A stretch of DNA of 64,000 bases, from assembly GCA_041673345.1 (NCBI GenBank), contig JBAYXX010000008.1, positions 627-64,626 of the forward strand, in the 5' to 3' direction. The translations under genes were made by a program, and so were the position numbers. The notes under the pieces are model-generated. The model worked only from the letters and a program-made list of their open reading frames with translations, had not been told where the DNA came from and ran no database searches. Source of the DNA: Kiritimatiellia bacterium. GTDB taxonomy: Bacteria > Verrucomicrobiota > Kiritimatiellia > RFP12 > UBA1067. Positions 9,850-19,188 of the stretch are shown piece by piece; positions within the stretch are counted from its first letter, which is position 1; the number at the start of each line of letters is the position of its first letter.

Positions 9850-9916
9850 GTTGCTCCCGCGCCAGAGACGCGACCTTTTCACTTTAGAACTTCTTCACTC
9901 CGCGCCCGGTGCGGAT

Positions 9917-11191
9917 CTAGCCTTCTACCTTCAACAGAAAGTAGTTTTTCTTGCCGCTGCGCAGCACAATCAGGCGATTCTCGACCAGGTCATCTGTTGT
10001 GACCACCCGCGCCAGGCCAGAGGCCTTGACGTTATTGATACTCAAACCTCCCTGCTCCACCAGGCGGCGGGCTTCGCCCTTGCTGCTGACCATTCTGGCG
10101 GCGGCGATCACCTCAAAGGCTGGTTTTCCGACCACCTCAGCCTGGCTGAGGGTGCCCGAGGAGACATCAGCGAATATTTTCGCGAGATCATCCGCGCTCA
10201 TGCCTTCCATTGAGCCGCCAAACAGCACCTCAGTCGCCTGCAGTGCCGTGGTCAGCCCTCGCTCCCCATGCACACAGCGGGTCAACTCCGCTGCCAGCAC
10301 CTTCTGGGCCTCGCGCTTCTCAGGCTCGTTCGCCACACACTCGGCCAGCTCCGCGATACGCTCCTCTGAAAGAAATGTGAAAATTCTCAAATAGCGCACC
10401 GCATCGGCATCCAGCGAGCGCAAAAAGAACTGATAAAACTCGTAGTATGAGGTCTTATTCGCATCCAGATAGATCGCATTGCCCTCACTTTTGCCGAATT
10501 TTTTACCATTACTGTCGCAGACCAGCGGAAAGGTCATTCCGAAGACCTCCTGGCCGCTCAGTTTGCGCACCAGATCGGTTCCAGCCGTGATATTGCCCCA
10601 CTGATCTGAACCGCCGATCTGCACCCGGCAGCCGTAATTTTTGTACAGATGATAGAAATCATAGCCCTGAAGAATCTGATAGCAGAATTCTGTGAAGCTC
10701 ATGCCATCATCAGATTCGAGGCGCTTCTTGACACTGTCCTTGCCCAGCATCTGCGACATGCGGAAGTGACGTCCCACATCGCGCAGAATATCAATAAAAG
10801 AAAGATCCTTAAACCACTCATAGTTGTTAACCATGATGGCCGCATTCTCTGAACTGGGATTGAAATCCAGAAAGCGCGAGAGATTTTCCTTAATTCCCTC
10901 TAGATTTTGCTCCACCTGCTCCTTGGTGAGCAGATTACGTTCCTGCGATTTACCGGAGGGATCACCGATCAAACCAGTGGCGCCACCAACCAGGGCAATC
11001 ACCTTGTGGCCCTGACGCTGCAGATGCGCCAGCGCCATGATCGTCACGAAGTTGCCGGCTTGCAAGCTCTCGGCAGTAGGGTCGAAGCCGGCATAAACAG
11101 TTGTAGGACTATCAAATAACTGCTCCAGATCAGCGCTGGTCATATCCTCAAACAGATGGCGCGACTTGAATATACTTAAAACATTTTTCAT
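9917..11191 (-). CDS. tyrS: tyrosine--tRNA ligase
   Basis: YAGFDPTA, GGATGLIGDPSG, QIGGSDQWGNI, KFGKS motif, C-terminal S4 domain. Confidence 0.97.
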   Translation of the reverse strand: MKNVLSIFKSRHLFEDMTSADLEQLFDSPTTVYAGFDPTAESLQAGNFVTIMALAHLQRQGHKVIALVGGATGLIGDPSGKSQERNLLTKEQVEQNLEGIKENLSRFLDFNPSSENAAIMVNNYEWFKDLSFIDILRDVGRHFRMSQMLGKDSVKKRLESDDGMSFTEFCYQILQGYDFYHLYKNYGCRVQIGGSDQWGNITAGTDLVRKLSGQEVFGMTFPLVCDSNGKKFGKSEGNAIYLDANKTSYYEFYQFFLRSLDADAVRYLRIFTFLSEERIAELAECVANEPEKREAQKVLAAELTRCVHGERGLTTALQATEVLFGGSMEGMSADDLAKIFADVSSGTLSQAEVVGKPAFEVIAAARMVSSKGEARRLVEQGGLSINNVKASGLARVVTTDDLVENRLIVLRSGKKNYFLLKVEG

Positions 11192-11247
11192 TTTTTACTC
11201 TTTCTAGTCGCTTATGGATCGCGAATAACAATTCGATGCTAAAGCCC

Positions 11248-11280
11248 AAAAAAGGGCGTCTGTTGCCAGACGCCCTTTTT
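11248..11280 (-). terminator. Rho-independent terminator after rpsA (symmetrical, potentially bidirectional)
   Basis: AAAAAAGGGCGTCTG-TTGC-CAGACGCCCTTTTT, 10 nt past the rpsA stop. Confidence 0.9.
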
Positions 11281-11290
11281 CAGCGATAAA

Positions 11291-13036
11291 TTACTGATCG
11301 CCAGGATGCCACTCTTCGCTCTCACTCTGCGCGAAAGCGTCATCAAATGCAGCTGCCAGACCAACCAGATTTTCACCAGGCTTCAGATCAGAAACATTCA
11401 AGTCGCGGGTCAACTCTTCAATCTCTGTCTCATCCATGTTGACTGCCTTGATACTCAGACCAATACGGCGTTCCTCACTATCGATCTTCACGATACGCGC
11501 CTCAACCTCGTCATTGACTTTGAGCGCGTCTTTGACCTTCTCCACATGCTGATCAGAGATTTGCGAAATATGAACCAGACCGTCCACGCCGTCCTCCAGC
11601 TCAACAAACGCGCCGAAGGAAGCGATCTTGGAGACCGTGCCCTTAACAACCTGTCCGATTGCAAAGCGGGTGGTAATGGTGTTCCATGGGTCATCGCTCG
11701 CCTGCTTCAAACCAAGGCTGATACGCTGATCAGCAGGATTGACCTCAAGTACCACAGCATCAACCTGCTGGCCCTTCTGCAGGACCTCGCTCGGGTGATT
11801 GATCTTACGTGTCCAAGACATATCGGAGACGTGGATCATGCCGTCAATACCCTCTTCCAGCTCAACAAACGCGCCGTAAGTAGTGAAGTTCCGCACCTTG
11901 CCGCTGATGCGGCAGCCAACCGGGTAACGCTCCTGAACCGTATCCCAGGGGTTTTCCTCTGTCTGACGGATGCCGAGAGCGATCTTCTGGTTTTCCGCAT
12001 CAAGACTCAGAACAACCACATCCACCTCATCACCCACAGCCAGGACATCAGATGCGCGGGCAACACGTTTAGTCCAGGAAAACTCAGAAACGTGCACTAG
12101 GCCTTCAATGCCGGGCTGAATTTCAACAAACGCGCCATACGGCACCAGGTTGACGACCTTACCGCGCAGACGGCTGCCAATCGGGAAACTGCCACCAATA
12201 TCATCCCACGGATTCGGTGTGGCCTGCTTCAGCCCCAGGGAAACGCGCTCGCGCTCCATGTCAACATCCAAGATTATCACTTCCACTTCCTGGCCGACCT
12301 TCAGCATTTCACCTGGATGCTTGATGCGACCCCAGCTCATGTCAGTGATATGCAGCAGTCCATCCAAACCATCCAGATCAACAAAGGCGCCAAAGTCAGT
12401 GATATTTTTGACGCGTCCGACACGCTGTTGCCCCTTTTCAATGGAAGCCAGCAGATCATGCTTGCGGTCAGCCATGCGCTCTTCAATCAGTTCGCGACGA
12501 GAGACAATAATGTTCCTGCGCTCGTTGCTGATCTTAATGACTTTAAATTCAAAACTTTGACCAATCAAAGCGTCAACATCCGCAACAGGCGCAACATCAA
12601 TCTGTGATCCAGGCAGGAAGGAATCGATGCCATCCACATCCACAATCAGGCCGCCGCGCACTTTGCTGCAGATAATGCCGGTGACAACGCCGCCCTCGGT
12701 GTATTTTTCAAGAACTGAATCCCATCGTAACTTCTCGTCAGCGCGTCCTTTGCTGAGAACCACCATGCCGCTGTCGCTCTCAAGCTCTACCAGCAGCACA
12801 TCGATCACATCACCAACATGCACCGTCGAAACATCTTTAAACTCGTTGGCATTAACTGAGCCTTCCGATTTGTAGCCAATGTCAACCAATACTTCGTTGC
12901 CTTTGATACCGCTGACCTTACCCTTAATAATTGAATTTGCAGTGAATTGATGCATCTGCTCACTCAGTGCTGCCTCCATTGCCTCATACATTAAACCGGT
13001 TTTGGGTGTTGCAGCCTGGGGTTTGCGAATTGCCAT
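11291..13036 (-). CDS. rpsA: 30S ribosomal protein S1
   Basis: Six S1 repeats (VKNITDFGAFVDL, GLLHITDMSW, YGAFVE...); start moved to ATG 13036 (MAIRKPQ). Confidence 0.96.
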   Translation of the reverse strand: MAIRKPQAATPKTGLMYEAMEAALSEQMHQFTANSIIKGKVSGIKGNEVLVDIGYKSEGSVNANEFKDVSTVHVGDVIDVLLVELESDSGMVVLSKGRADEKLRWDSVLEKYTEGGVVTGIICSKVRGGLIVDVDGIDSFLPGSQIDVAPVADVDALIGQSFEFKVIKISNERRNIIVSRRELIEERMADRKHDLLASIEKGQQRVGRVKNITDFGAFVDLDGLDGLLHITDMSWGRIKHPGEMLKVGQEVEVIILDVDMERERVSLGLKQATPNPWDDIGGSFPIGSRLRGKVVNLVPYGAFVEIQPGIEGLVHVSEFSWTKRVARASDVLAVGDEVDVVVLSLDAENQKIALGIRQTEENPWDTVQERYPVGCRISGKVRNFTTYGAFVELEEGIDGMIHVSDMSWTRKINHPSEVLQKGQQVDAVVLEVNPADQRISLGLKQASDDPWNTITTRFAIGQVVKGTVSKIASFGAFVELEDGVDGLVHISQISDQHVEKVKDALKVNDEVEARIVKIDSEERRIGLSIKAVNMDETEIEELTRDLNVSDLKPGENLVGLAAAFDDAFAQSESEEWHPGDQ

Positions 13037-13283
13037 ATGAATCTGTTTCCAATCCAATTTAAGAGCACTGTGGTTTTTAAATTTACAAAACGCCGCTCTT
13101 GAATCAGATGTTTTTAGTGTTAATAAACAAGGAGCCTCCTGTTTGTCCCAGTCACCCGACCGGGAGAGCCTCGTTTTTCTATACCCTTTTTTAGGGCATA
13201 AAACTAAATATAATATCAAACCCCGCAGTTGATTACCACTTTAAACTTTAAAAAATTATCGTTTAGAAATTGTATAAAAACAG

Positions 13284-13336
13284 TGTTGACAGGTGCTTAT
13301 GATCTGTTGACAGATGATTATGATCTGTGCTATATT
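13284..13336 (+). promoter_or_regulatory. promoter with tandem 21-bp duplication containing TTGACA
   Basis: TGTTGACAGGTGCTTATGATC / TGTTGACAGATGATTATGATC; the second TTGACA is 18 nt from TATATT, which is preceded by TG-n. Confidence 0.6.
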
Positions 13337-13476
13337 TTTTTTAATTCGCAGGGATGGTGTCCACGCTCGGTTTGCTGATTAAAGATACAGGGCTGTAACT
13401 TCGCAAACCATCCTTCAAAGAAGTCACCGAGCAACGCGAGGTTGCCCTTGCCGTTTTGGAAAAGATTAGCTGTTCC

Positions 13477-13571
13477 AACGATGTTGCCGATAAACTACGT
13501 GCGTTGGCGGTCTCCGCCATTCTCGATCTACAGAAGGTGTTACAGTGAAACGACTTGTTATAATGATGAGT
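13477..13571 (+). repeat. 95-bp direct repeat, left copy
   Basis: 94/95 identical to 19044-19138; encodes the last 23 codons of the 16644..19115 gene and the first 9 codons of the 13545 gene. Confidence 0.95.
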
Positions 13572-14795
13572 ATAGTGGCATGGGGAGTCTTGCAGGCGGC
13601 AGAACTGTATCAATGCCCGGAAGCACCGGTTATTGATGGTATCGAAGATCCGTGCTGGAGTCAGGCGGAAGCTTTCCCTCTCGTTGATTGGAAAGACGGA
13701 AGCCCGTTGCATATGAAGACCGTTGCCCGGATTATGCGAGATAACCAGAGTCTCTATGTTTTCATGCACTGCCGTGAGGTCAATCTGGTGGAGGCGCGGG
13801 ACCAGGAAAAATTTAATCGGCACGATGCGCCGATTTGGAATAGTAACTGTGTAGAGTTCTTTTTTGACGTTCGCAATGACGGACGTGCCTTTTACCAATT
13901 CGTTGTTGATATCCACAACGATGCTGCAGACCTGCTGCACGATGATCCCGAGAGCCCGTCAAATGCGATTGACTGGAACGGTTTCTGGCGACATGCGGTT
14001 GGAACGTATGCTGACGGATGGACGGTAGAAATCGCAATTCCCTGGAGTACGCTAAAAATGCTTACAGGTCAACCTGTGCGTCTGGGCATGAATATTTCAC
14101 GTCCGCGACGCGTGGCTCCCTTTGAGCGTGGCTCCCTTGCACCGGGGGAAGGCGGTCTGTGCGATTTTTCCCAATTTCTGGTTTTCGATAACTTCAGTCT
14201 GGAAGAGTCGGAATTAACTGCTGATGTTTTGTCTAGTAAAGTTTTTCTTGGGTCAAACCGGATGACACTGCGCATGCGTAACCACACCGCACATAACTTG
14301 GTCGGACAACTTGAATTGACAGGTACTGCTTCGGATCATCGTGAAGTGCTGCGTATGGCGGTTCCGCTTGAAATGAAAGCCAACGAAGAACGCGACGTAT
14401 CGGTCGATTACCGGATTGACGAATCCGGACAGGTTATGCTGACGGCTGGTTTTATCCATGACAAGGAAAGATGCTTCTTAGCTCAAGCTGATTACATCTT
14501 TCGACAGCCACTTGAGTTTAACGACCCGCATCTGCTGGTTTTTGCCGGAGAAGATCATCCTGTCTACGTTCGTATTTTTTCGGATGCGCCGTCTTGGACA
14601 GTTGATGTAGAAATTCTCGACCATTTGGGTGAACGGTGCGCCAAAACGGATACGCTATCGCCGCCAGCCAATGCCTTTTTGGTGCTGCCGACCCGTCAGC
14701 TTGCGCCGGGTGCTTACACGGTACGGATCTTATTAAAGCACGGTAATAACCTGAGTAAGAACACAATGCCGCTCAAAGTGATCCCGCGACCGTGA
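13545..14795 (+). CDS. secreted CBM9/DOMON-like carbohydrate-binding protein with C-terminal Ig-like domains (copy A)
   Basis: Signal peptide; APVIDG, D..LYV..C, D.P.W...CVEFFFD, WTVEIAIPW are typical of the CBM9-like fold; paralog of 21633..22883. Confidence 0.75.
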   Translation: MKRLVIMMSIVAWGVLQAAELYQCPEAPVIDGIEDPCWSQAEAFPLVDWKDGSPLHMKTVARIMRDNQSLYVFMHCREVNLVEARDQEKFNRHDAPIWNSNCVEFFFDVRNDGRAFYQFVVDIHNDAADLLHDDPESPSNAIDWNGFWRHAVGTYADGWTVEIAIPWSTLKMLTGQPVRLGMNISRPRRVAPFERGSLAPGEGGLCDFSQFLVFDNFSLEESELTADVLSSKVFLGSNRMTLRMRNHTAHNLVGQLELTGTASDHREVLRMAVPLEMKANEERDVSVDYRIDESGQVMLTAGFIHDKERCFLAQADYIFRQPLEFNDPHLLVFAGEDHPVYVRIFSDAPSWTVDVEILDHLGERCAKTDTLSPPANAFLVLPTRQLAPGAYTVRILLKHGNNLSKNTMPLKVIPRP

Positions 14796-14844
14796 GGAAC
14801 ACTATTTTTTGACTGAGAATACGCAACAACTAAGGAGAAGAAAA

Positions 14845-16452
14845 ATGACCGTACGATTTTTTGCAACTCTTTGCACGGGGCTGCTTCTGACAGGTGTGGT
14901 AAACGGCGGCGTTTATGTCGCTCCCAACGGTCCCGGTCCAGCTCCCTTCGATAGCTGGGCGACAGCGGCATCGGATATTCAGACGGCCGTGACTGCTGCG
15001 TCGTCGGGTGATACGATTCTGATTTCCAATGGGGTTTATACGTTGACATCAACCATTTCCGTTGCCAAGAATTTGACCTTACGAGGAGTGCCAGCGAGTA
15101 CTCAACCGACGATTGACGGAAATCAACTTGTCCGCTGTTTAAAAGCGGAACAAGGTACAACTGTTTTTCTGGAAAACCTAAAAATCATCAAAGGTGTGGA
15201 TGCAGGCCTGAAAGGAGCGGGTGCGAGTCTAGTTAATGGAGGCGTCCGTGATTGTGTTTTTTCGAACAATGTCGCCACGTCGCACGGAGGCGGGCTCTAT
15301 ATCACCGGTTCCGGCACTGTAGAACGAACCACATTCATGTATAACGTTTCAGAATACGGCGGTGGCGGTCTCGCCTCGTACAGAAGTCCATTCCTGAGAA
15401 TCGACGATTGCCTTTTCCAGAAGAACTATGCGAAAGCGGCCGGCGGCGGCGGCTTGTCGCTGGATGGTGTGGCCGGTTTGGCGCTTGTCAACAGCCGGGT
15501 TCTTGATAATGTCACGACGAATCTGGGAAGCGGTGGCGGTATTTATGCCATCAGTACTCCCGTTTCGGAAACACCTAACTTAATCTCGAACTGCGTGATT
15601 GCCGGCAATATAGCGGGGTCTACAAACGAAACAGGCAATGGTTTTCATGGTGGCGGCATCCACATGCGTAGTGTAGGGAATTCCTATACGATTGCGAATT
15701 GCATTATTACGAACAATGCAGCCGCCAAACATGGGGGTGGAATCTCGCTTTGCGCGCCCTCTATGGTCAGGAATTGTTTGATTGCCTATAACCGGCAGAC
15801 ACCGGGAGTTGGCAATGCATACTATGGCGGCGGCGGTGTTTATATTGAACAAAATGGGCAATTGATCAACTGCCGGGTCAAGGGAAACAGCACGATTTAC
15901 GGAGGAGGGGGGGTCTTTAGCCCCAGCAGCAGCCTGATCCGCAATTGCCTGATTACCGACAACGTCGCGATGAATCCGGCAAACGGTGGCGGCATCCGCA
16001 ACCGTTTTGCCGGTCTCACAGTCGAGAACTGTACGATCACACGGAATGTATCAGGCGGTTATGGTGGCGGCCTGGATATTCGCGAAAAGGCCACGTTTTC
16101 AAACTGCATCATTTTCAGCAACGAATGTTCCTCTTCGGACAGTTTTCAAAACTACTACATAGCAGGAGCAGGCGCGAAGGAAACGGCTTTTTTGAACTGC
16201 TGTTTTACACCGGAACTTCACTCAGATTACGCTAACTATTCGTTCAGTAACATTCATGTCGATCCGCGCTTTGAGGGGGAAGACTATATTCTGCGCCCAT
16301 CCTCACCCTGCATCAACACCGGTACGAATCTGCTCTGGATGACGGGCGCGCTTGACTTGGCCAACTGCCCACGGATTGATAGAGGCAGTGGAAAAGTTGA
16401 CATGGGCTGCTTCGAGTATGTTCCGATAGGGACGGTGATACAGATTCAATAG
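14845..16452 (+). CDS. secreted right-handed parallel beta-helix (pectin-lyase-fold) repeat protein with choice-of-anchor-Q-like tail
   Basis: Repeated N-A...GGG / NC-I--N units; YILRPSSPCINTG...D--G--R---G-VDMGCFEY; ends GTVIQIQ; AAGGAG SD before ATG 14845. Confidence 0.8.
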   Translation: MTVRFFATLCTGLLLTGVVNGGVYVAPNGPGPAPFDSWATAASDIQTAVTAASSGDTILISNGVYTLTSTISVAKNLTLRGVPASTQPTIDGNQLVRCLKAEQGTTVFLENLKIIKGVDAGLKGAGASLVNGGVRDCVFSNNVATSHGGGLYITGSGTVERTTFMYNVSEYGGGGLASYRSPFLRIDDCLFQKNYAKAAGGGGLSLDGVAGLALVNSRVLDNVTTNLGSGGGIYAISTPVSETPNLISNCVIAGNIAGSTNETGNGFHGGGIHMRSVGNSYTIANCIITNNAAAKHGGGISLCAPSMVRNCLIAYNRQTPGVGNAYYGGGGVYIEQNGQLINCRVKGNSTIYGGGGVFSPSSSLIRNCLITDNVAMNPANGGGIRNRFAGLTVENCTITRNVSGGYGGGLDIREKATFSNCIIFSNECSSSDSFQNYYIAGAGAKETAFLNCCFTPELHSDYANYSFSNIHVDPRFEGEDYILRPSSPCINTGTNLLWMTGALDLANCPRIDRGSGKVDMGCFEYVPIGTVIQIQ

Positions 16453-16643
16453 CGTTGCAGTCTTCGTTTCATGCTCCGCGGGGAGCGGACGTCGAATACA
16501 GGGTTACTGGGTGTTTCGATACTGACCCCGATTAATGAAAATGTTAAACTGGCGACTTATTCGTGGACTTATTTGTAGTTGTTGATCGGCGGTTCTGTTG
16601 TTTTTCAAAACAGGGAGAGGCCTCATGTATGGAAGGAAAATCA

Positions 16644-19115
16644 ATGCGCACTTTCTTAGTATGGAATAAAAAAGAAGCGGTAAACGGAATAAAAACATTG
16701 TTTTGTATCAGCGTAGCGGTTTTTTCCCTATCGCTGATGGCATCGGAAAAAATTGTTCTCCACGATGAGTTTTACCCCGGGCTGCAGCGAAGCGTATGGA
16801 TTGTGACTGATAATCCCTCCGAACCGTGGCAACTTGAGGAGAAAATCCGTTTCTCGCATGAAAAGATGGGTTTTCGCTTTATATCCGGCAAAGCTCTGAT
16901 GCAGCGCGTGGATGTGGTAAATGCCGCCACGGGTGAGACAGTCTGGCAGACGAAAGCCTTTGGACAAACGCTCCAGACGCCAGTGCTTCCCGAAGCCGAT
17001 TACATCATTCGCGGCTCCGGTAAACCGGGCGCAGAAAAAGTGGTTATAGCCGTTGATTTTTCCCGGGACGGGTATCTGCTCCCCAGTTGGAAAATATCTC
17101 ATGCGGAGGTCAGCCAACTTCCAGAAGGTGGAATCGAACTTAAACCGTTGGCCCCTGATCAACATGCAGCTATTGACGGACGCATTTTAAAATTGTCTCG
17201 AGGACGCTATTACGAAGTTGAACTGGCGTTTGAAAGCGATCAGGTCAATGAGCTGCTGATGCGCTGTACGCAGCGGTTGGACGGCAAACGCCATTCCGAG
17301 ACGTCGACATTGACGACCGGAGTCGGTGAGCAGCAAGTCTGGCGAGTTGGCGTTGCGGCCATTTCCGTCGGAATGGGGGTCTCTATACAATCTTCCGGAG
17401 CGTTTCGTTTGCGCGCATTCACGGTCAAAGAGGTGCCGCCTCCTGCGCGTCGGAAGCAGGTGGGCGACAAGATTTTTACTTTTGAACCGCGCAATTCGGA
17501 ACCTGATCCACCCAACCCGGATATTTCTGGTCCTGTCGCCTTCAGGCGGCCACCCCGGCTGATTTATGAGGACAGTGTACCGCAACCGTTAGAGCTGACT
17601 GATGCGCTCGACACCTTCGCAACTCCGGGAACGTATGCTGTCTGGCATTTTGCTGTGCATAATCCGGATGCGCCGCGTCATTTGAAAGTATTGAACATCA
17701 GCGATCTGGAGGCGCAAGACGGCCATCGGATCCCCGCTGCCGCGCTGACTATCTCAACCGTCAAGTTCTGGGATTTTCCCCGTGGAACTTATACGTACTA
17801 CAACATTCCCGAGTTGATCTATCCGCAGGAGGAAGTGGAACTTGATGCAAACCGCAACCGTTTTTTCTGGATACAAACTCGATTGTCCAATACGTGCCCG
17901 GCCGGTGTCTATACCGGTATTGCCAGTGTTCAATGTGGCGAAACAGAACTTGACTTGTCTGTTCGGCTCCGTGTGCTGCCGTTTCGGCTGATGACGCCGA
18001 CGAACATGGTGTGGTCAGTTTACGGTGGCGCAAGACTTCCGCCGCAAAAATGGTACCCGGAAAAGCTTGTCGTCCGTTATCTGCGCGATATAATCGATTA
18101 CGGTGTTACATCGCTGGTCACGTCGCTGGGTACCGAAGACAGCGTGCGTAAATTCCAGTCGGAACGCCGACAGGCTGAGATGAAGGGACCAGTGATCGTT
18201 CGTAATTTTGCCGAGCGTTATGCTGCGAGGCGTTGCGGTATTACCGACAATTTTCCCGAGCGCTGGTTTGATCATCCAGAGATACGCCAGGCGTTTGTCG
18301 AATACTTGAAAGACTTCGACGACTGGTTCAAAAAATACGGCGGAGAAGGCTATGACGAATGGATGTACATGGGCGATGATGAGCCGCAGAACCACAGTAT
18401 GGAATCTGGTATTTGGCAGATTCGGCTGGCCCGCGAAGCAGGCATCCGCACAGCCTCCTGCGTTTACGCGCCACGTTACGTGACACAGATGGCTCCATGG
18501 CTGAACATCTCCTGCAACAGTTTTATTTCCCAGAGTGAAACGATGTTTGCCGATCTGATGAAGGTTGCCGCTGGCAAGCCCTTAGAATATTGGTATCTCG
18601 GCGGCGGCTGTTACTCAGGGCAGGAAGGCGGGGTGATGCCTGATCGCCTTGAAAGTGGTTTGATGAGTTTTAAACTCGGCGTAACAGGACACATCGCTTA
18701 CGGCTACCAGTCGTTTCGGCGGGGGCGGGGAGAAACTGAAGTCTCTCCCTATGATAACTTTACTCGCGGAAAATATAACGCCATGACTTATCCCGCCGAA
18801 GAGCCGACTGAAGCCAAGGTGACGGTTTTTTCGCTGGAATGGGAGGGAATCCGTGAGGGGATCGCTGACTATAAGTACTTATATACGTTGCGTGAGATGG
18901 GTAAGCAGGCACGCGGCCAGGGTCTGATCCGCGAGGCGGATGCGGCTCAAAAGAAAATTGAGGAAATTCTTGCCAGTGTTCCCTGGCGCGGTGACCAGCG
19001 CCATTATGTATCAGATAGCATTACAGAGAAGCAGTATTTCAATAACGATGTTGCCGATAAACTACGTGCGTTGGCGGTCTCCGCCATTCTCGATCTACAA
19101 AAGGTGTTACAGTGA
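16644..19115 (+). CDS. secreted GH123-like / DUF4091 protein (copy A)
   Basis: TPGTYAVWHF N-terminal GH123-like domain, YMGDDEP acidic pair, C-terminal SLEWEGIREGIADYKY; start chosen at ATG 16644 (SD GGAAGG), ATG 16629 is possible. Confidence 0.72.
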   Translation: MRTFLVWNKKEAVNGIKTLFCISVAVFSLSLMASEKIVLHDEFYPGLQRSVWIVTDNPSEPWQLEEKIRFSHEKMGFRFISGKALMQRVDVVNAATGETVWQTKAFGQTLQTPVLPEADYIIRGSGKPGAEKVVIAVDFSRDGYLLPSWKISHAEVSQLPEGGIELKPLAPDQHAAIDGRILKLSRGRYYEVELAFESDQVNELLMRCTQRLDGKRHSETSTLTTGVGEQQVWRVGVAAISVGMGVSIQSSGAFRLRAFTVKEVPPPARRKQVGDKIFTFEPRNSEPDPPNPDISGPVAFRRPPRLIYEDSVPQPLELTDALDTFATPGTYAVWHFAVHNPDAPRHLKVLNISDLEAQDGHRIPAAALTISTVKFWDFPRGTYTYYNIPELIYPQEEVELDANRNRFFWIQTRLSNTCPAGVYTGIASVQCGETELDLSVRLRVLPFRLMTPTNMVWSVYGGARLPPQKWYPEKLVVRYLRDIIDYGVTSLVTSLGTEDSVRKFQSERRQAEMKGPVIVRNFAERYAARRCGITDNFPERWFDHPEIRQAFVEYLKDFDDWFKKYGGEGYDEWMYMGDDEPQNHSMESGIWQIRLAREAGIRTASCVYAPRYVTQMAPWLNISCNSFISQSETMFADLMKVAAGKPLEYWYLGGGCYSGQEGGVMPDRLESGLMSFKLGVTGHIAYGYQSFRRGRGETEVSPYDNFTRGKYNAMTYPAEEPTEAKVTVFSLEWEGIREGIADYKYLYTLREMGKQARGQGLIREADAAQKKIEEILASVPWRGDQRHYVSDSITEKQYFNNDVADKLRALAVSAILDLQKVLQ

Positions 19116-19138
19116 AACGACTTGTTATAATGATGAGT
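19044..19138 (+). repeat. 95-bp direct repeat, right copy
   Basis: Matches 13477-13571 with one synonymous CAG/CAA difference. Confidence 0.95.
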
Positions 19139-19188
19139 GGAGGCTTAGCAAAAGCCGCTAAATACATTTAATCGTGAAGGAAATCAAT

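Noticed and set aside
9640-9882. 80-aa ORF with GVGVGVGIGIG
   Set aside because: It is a translation of the CCGAyy repeat and the REP doublet, not a credible protein.
13037-13219. Extended starts in the ORF track for rpsA (and likewise tsf, 24339, 27082, 48255, 60273)
   Set aside because: The extensions overlap promoters or neighbouring genes and lack SD sites; downstream ATGs have an SD and/or signal peptides.
13345-13440. c-di-GMP-like riboswitch (GGTTTGC/GCAAACC pairing)
   Set aside because: Lacks the GAAA tetraloop/receptor and the GCAAAGCC second stem in the required order; it reads equally well as a coding fragment.
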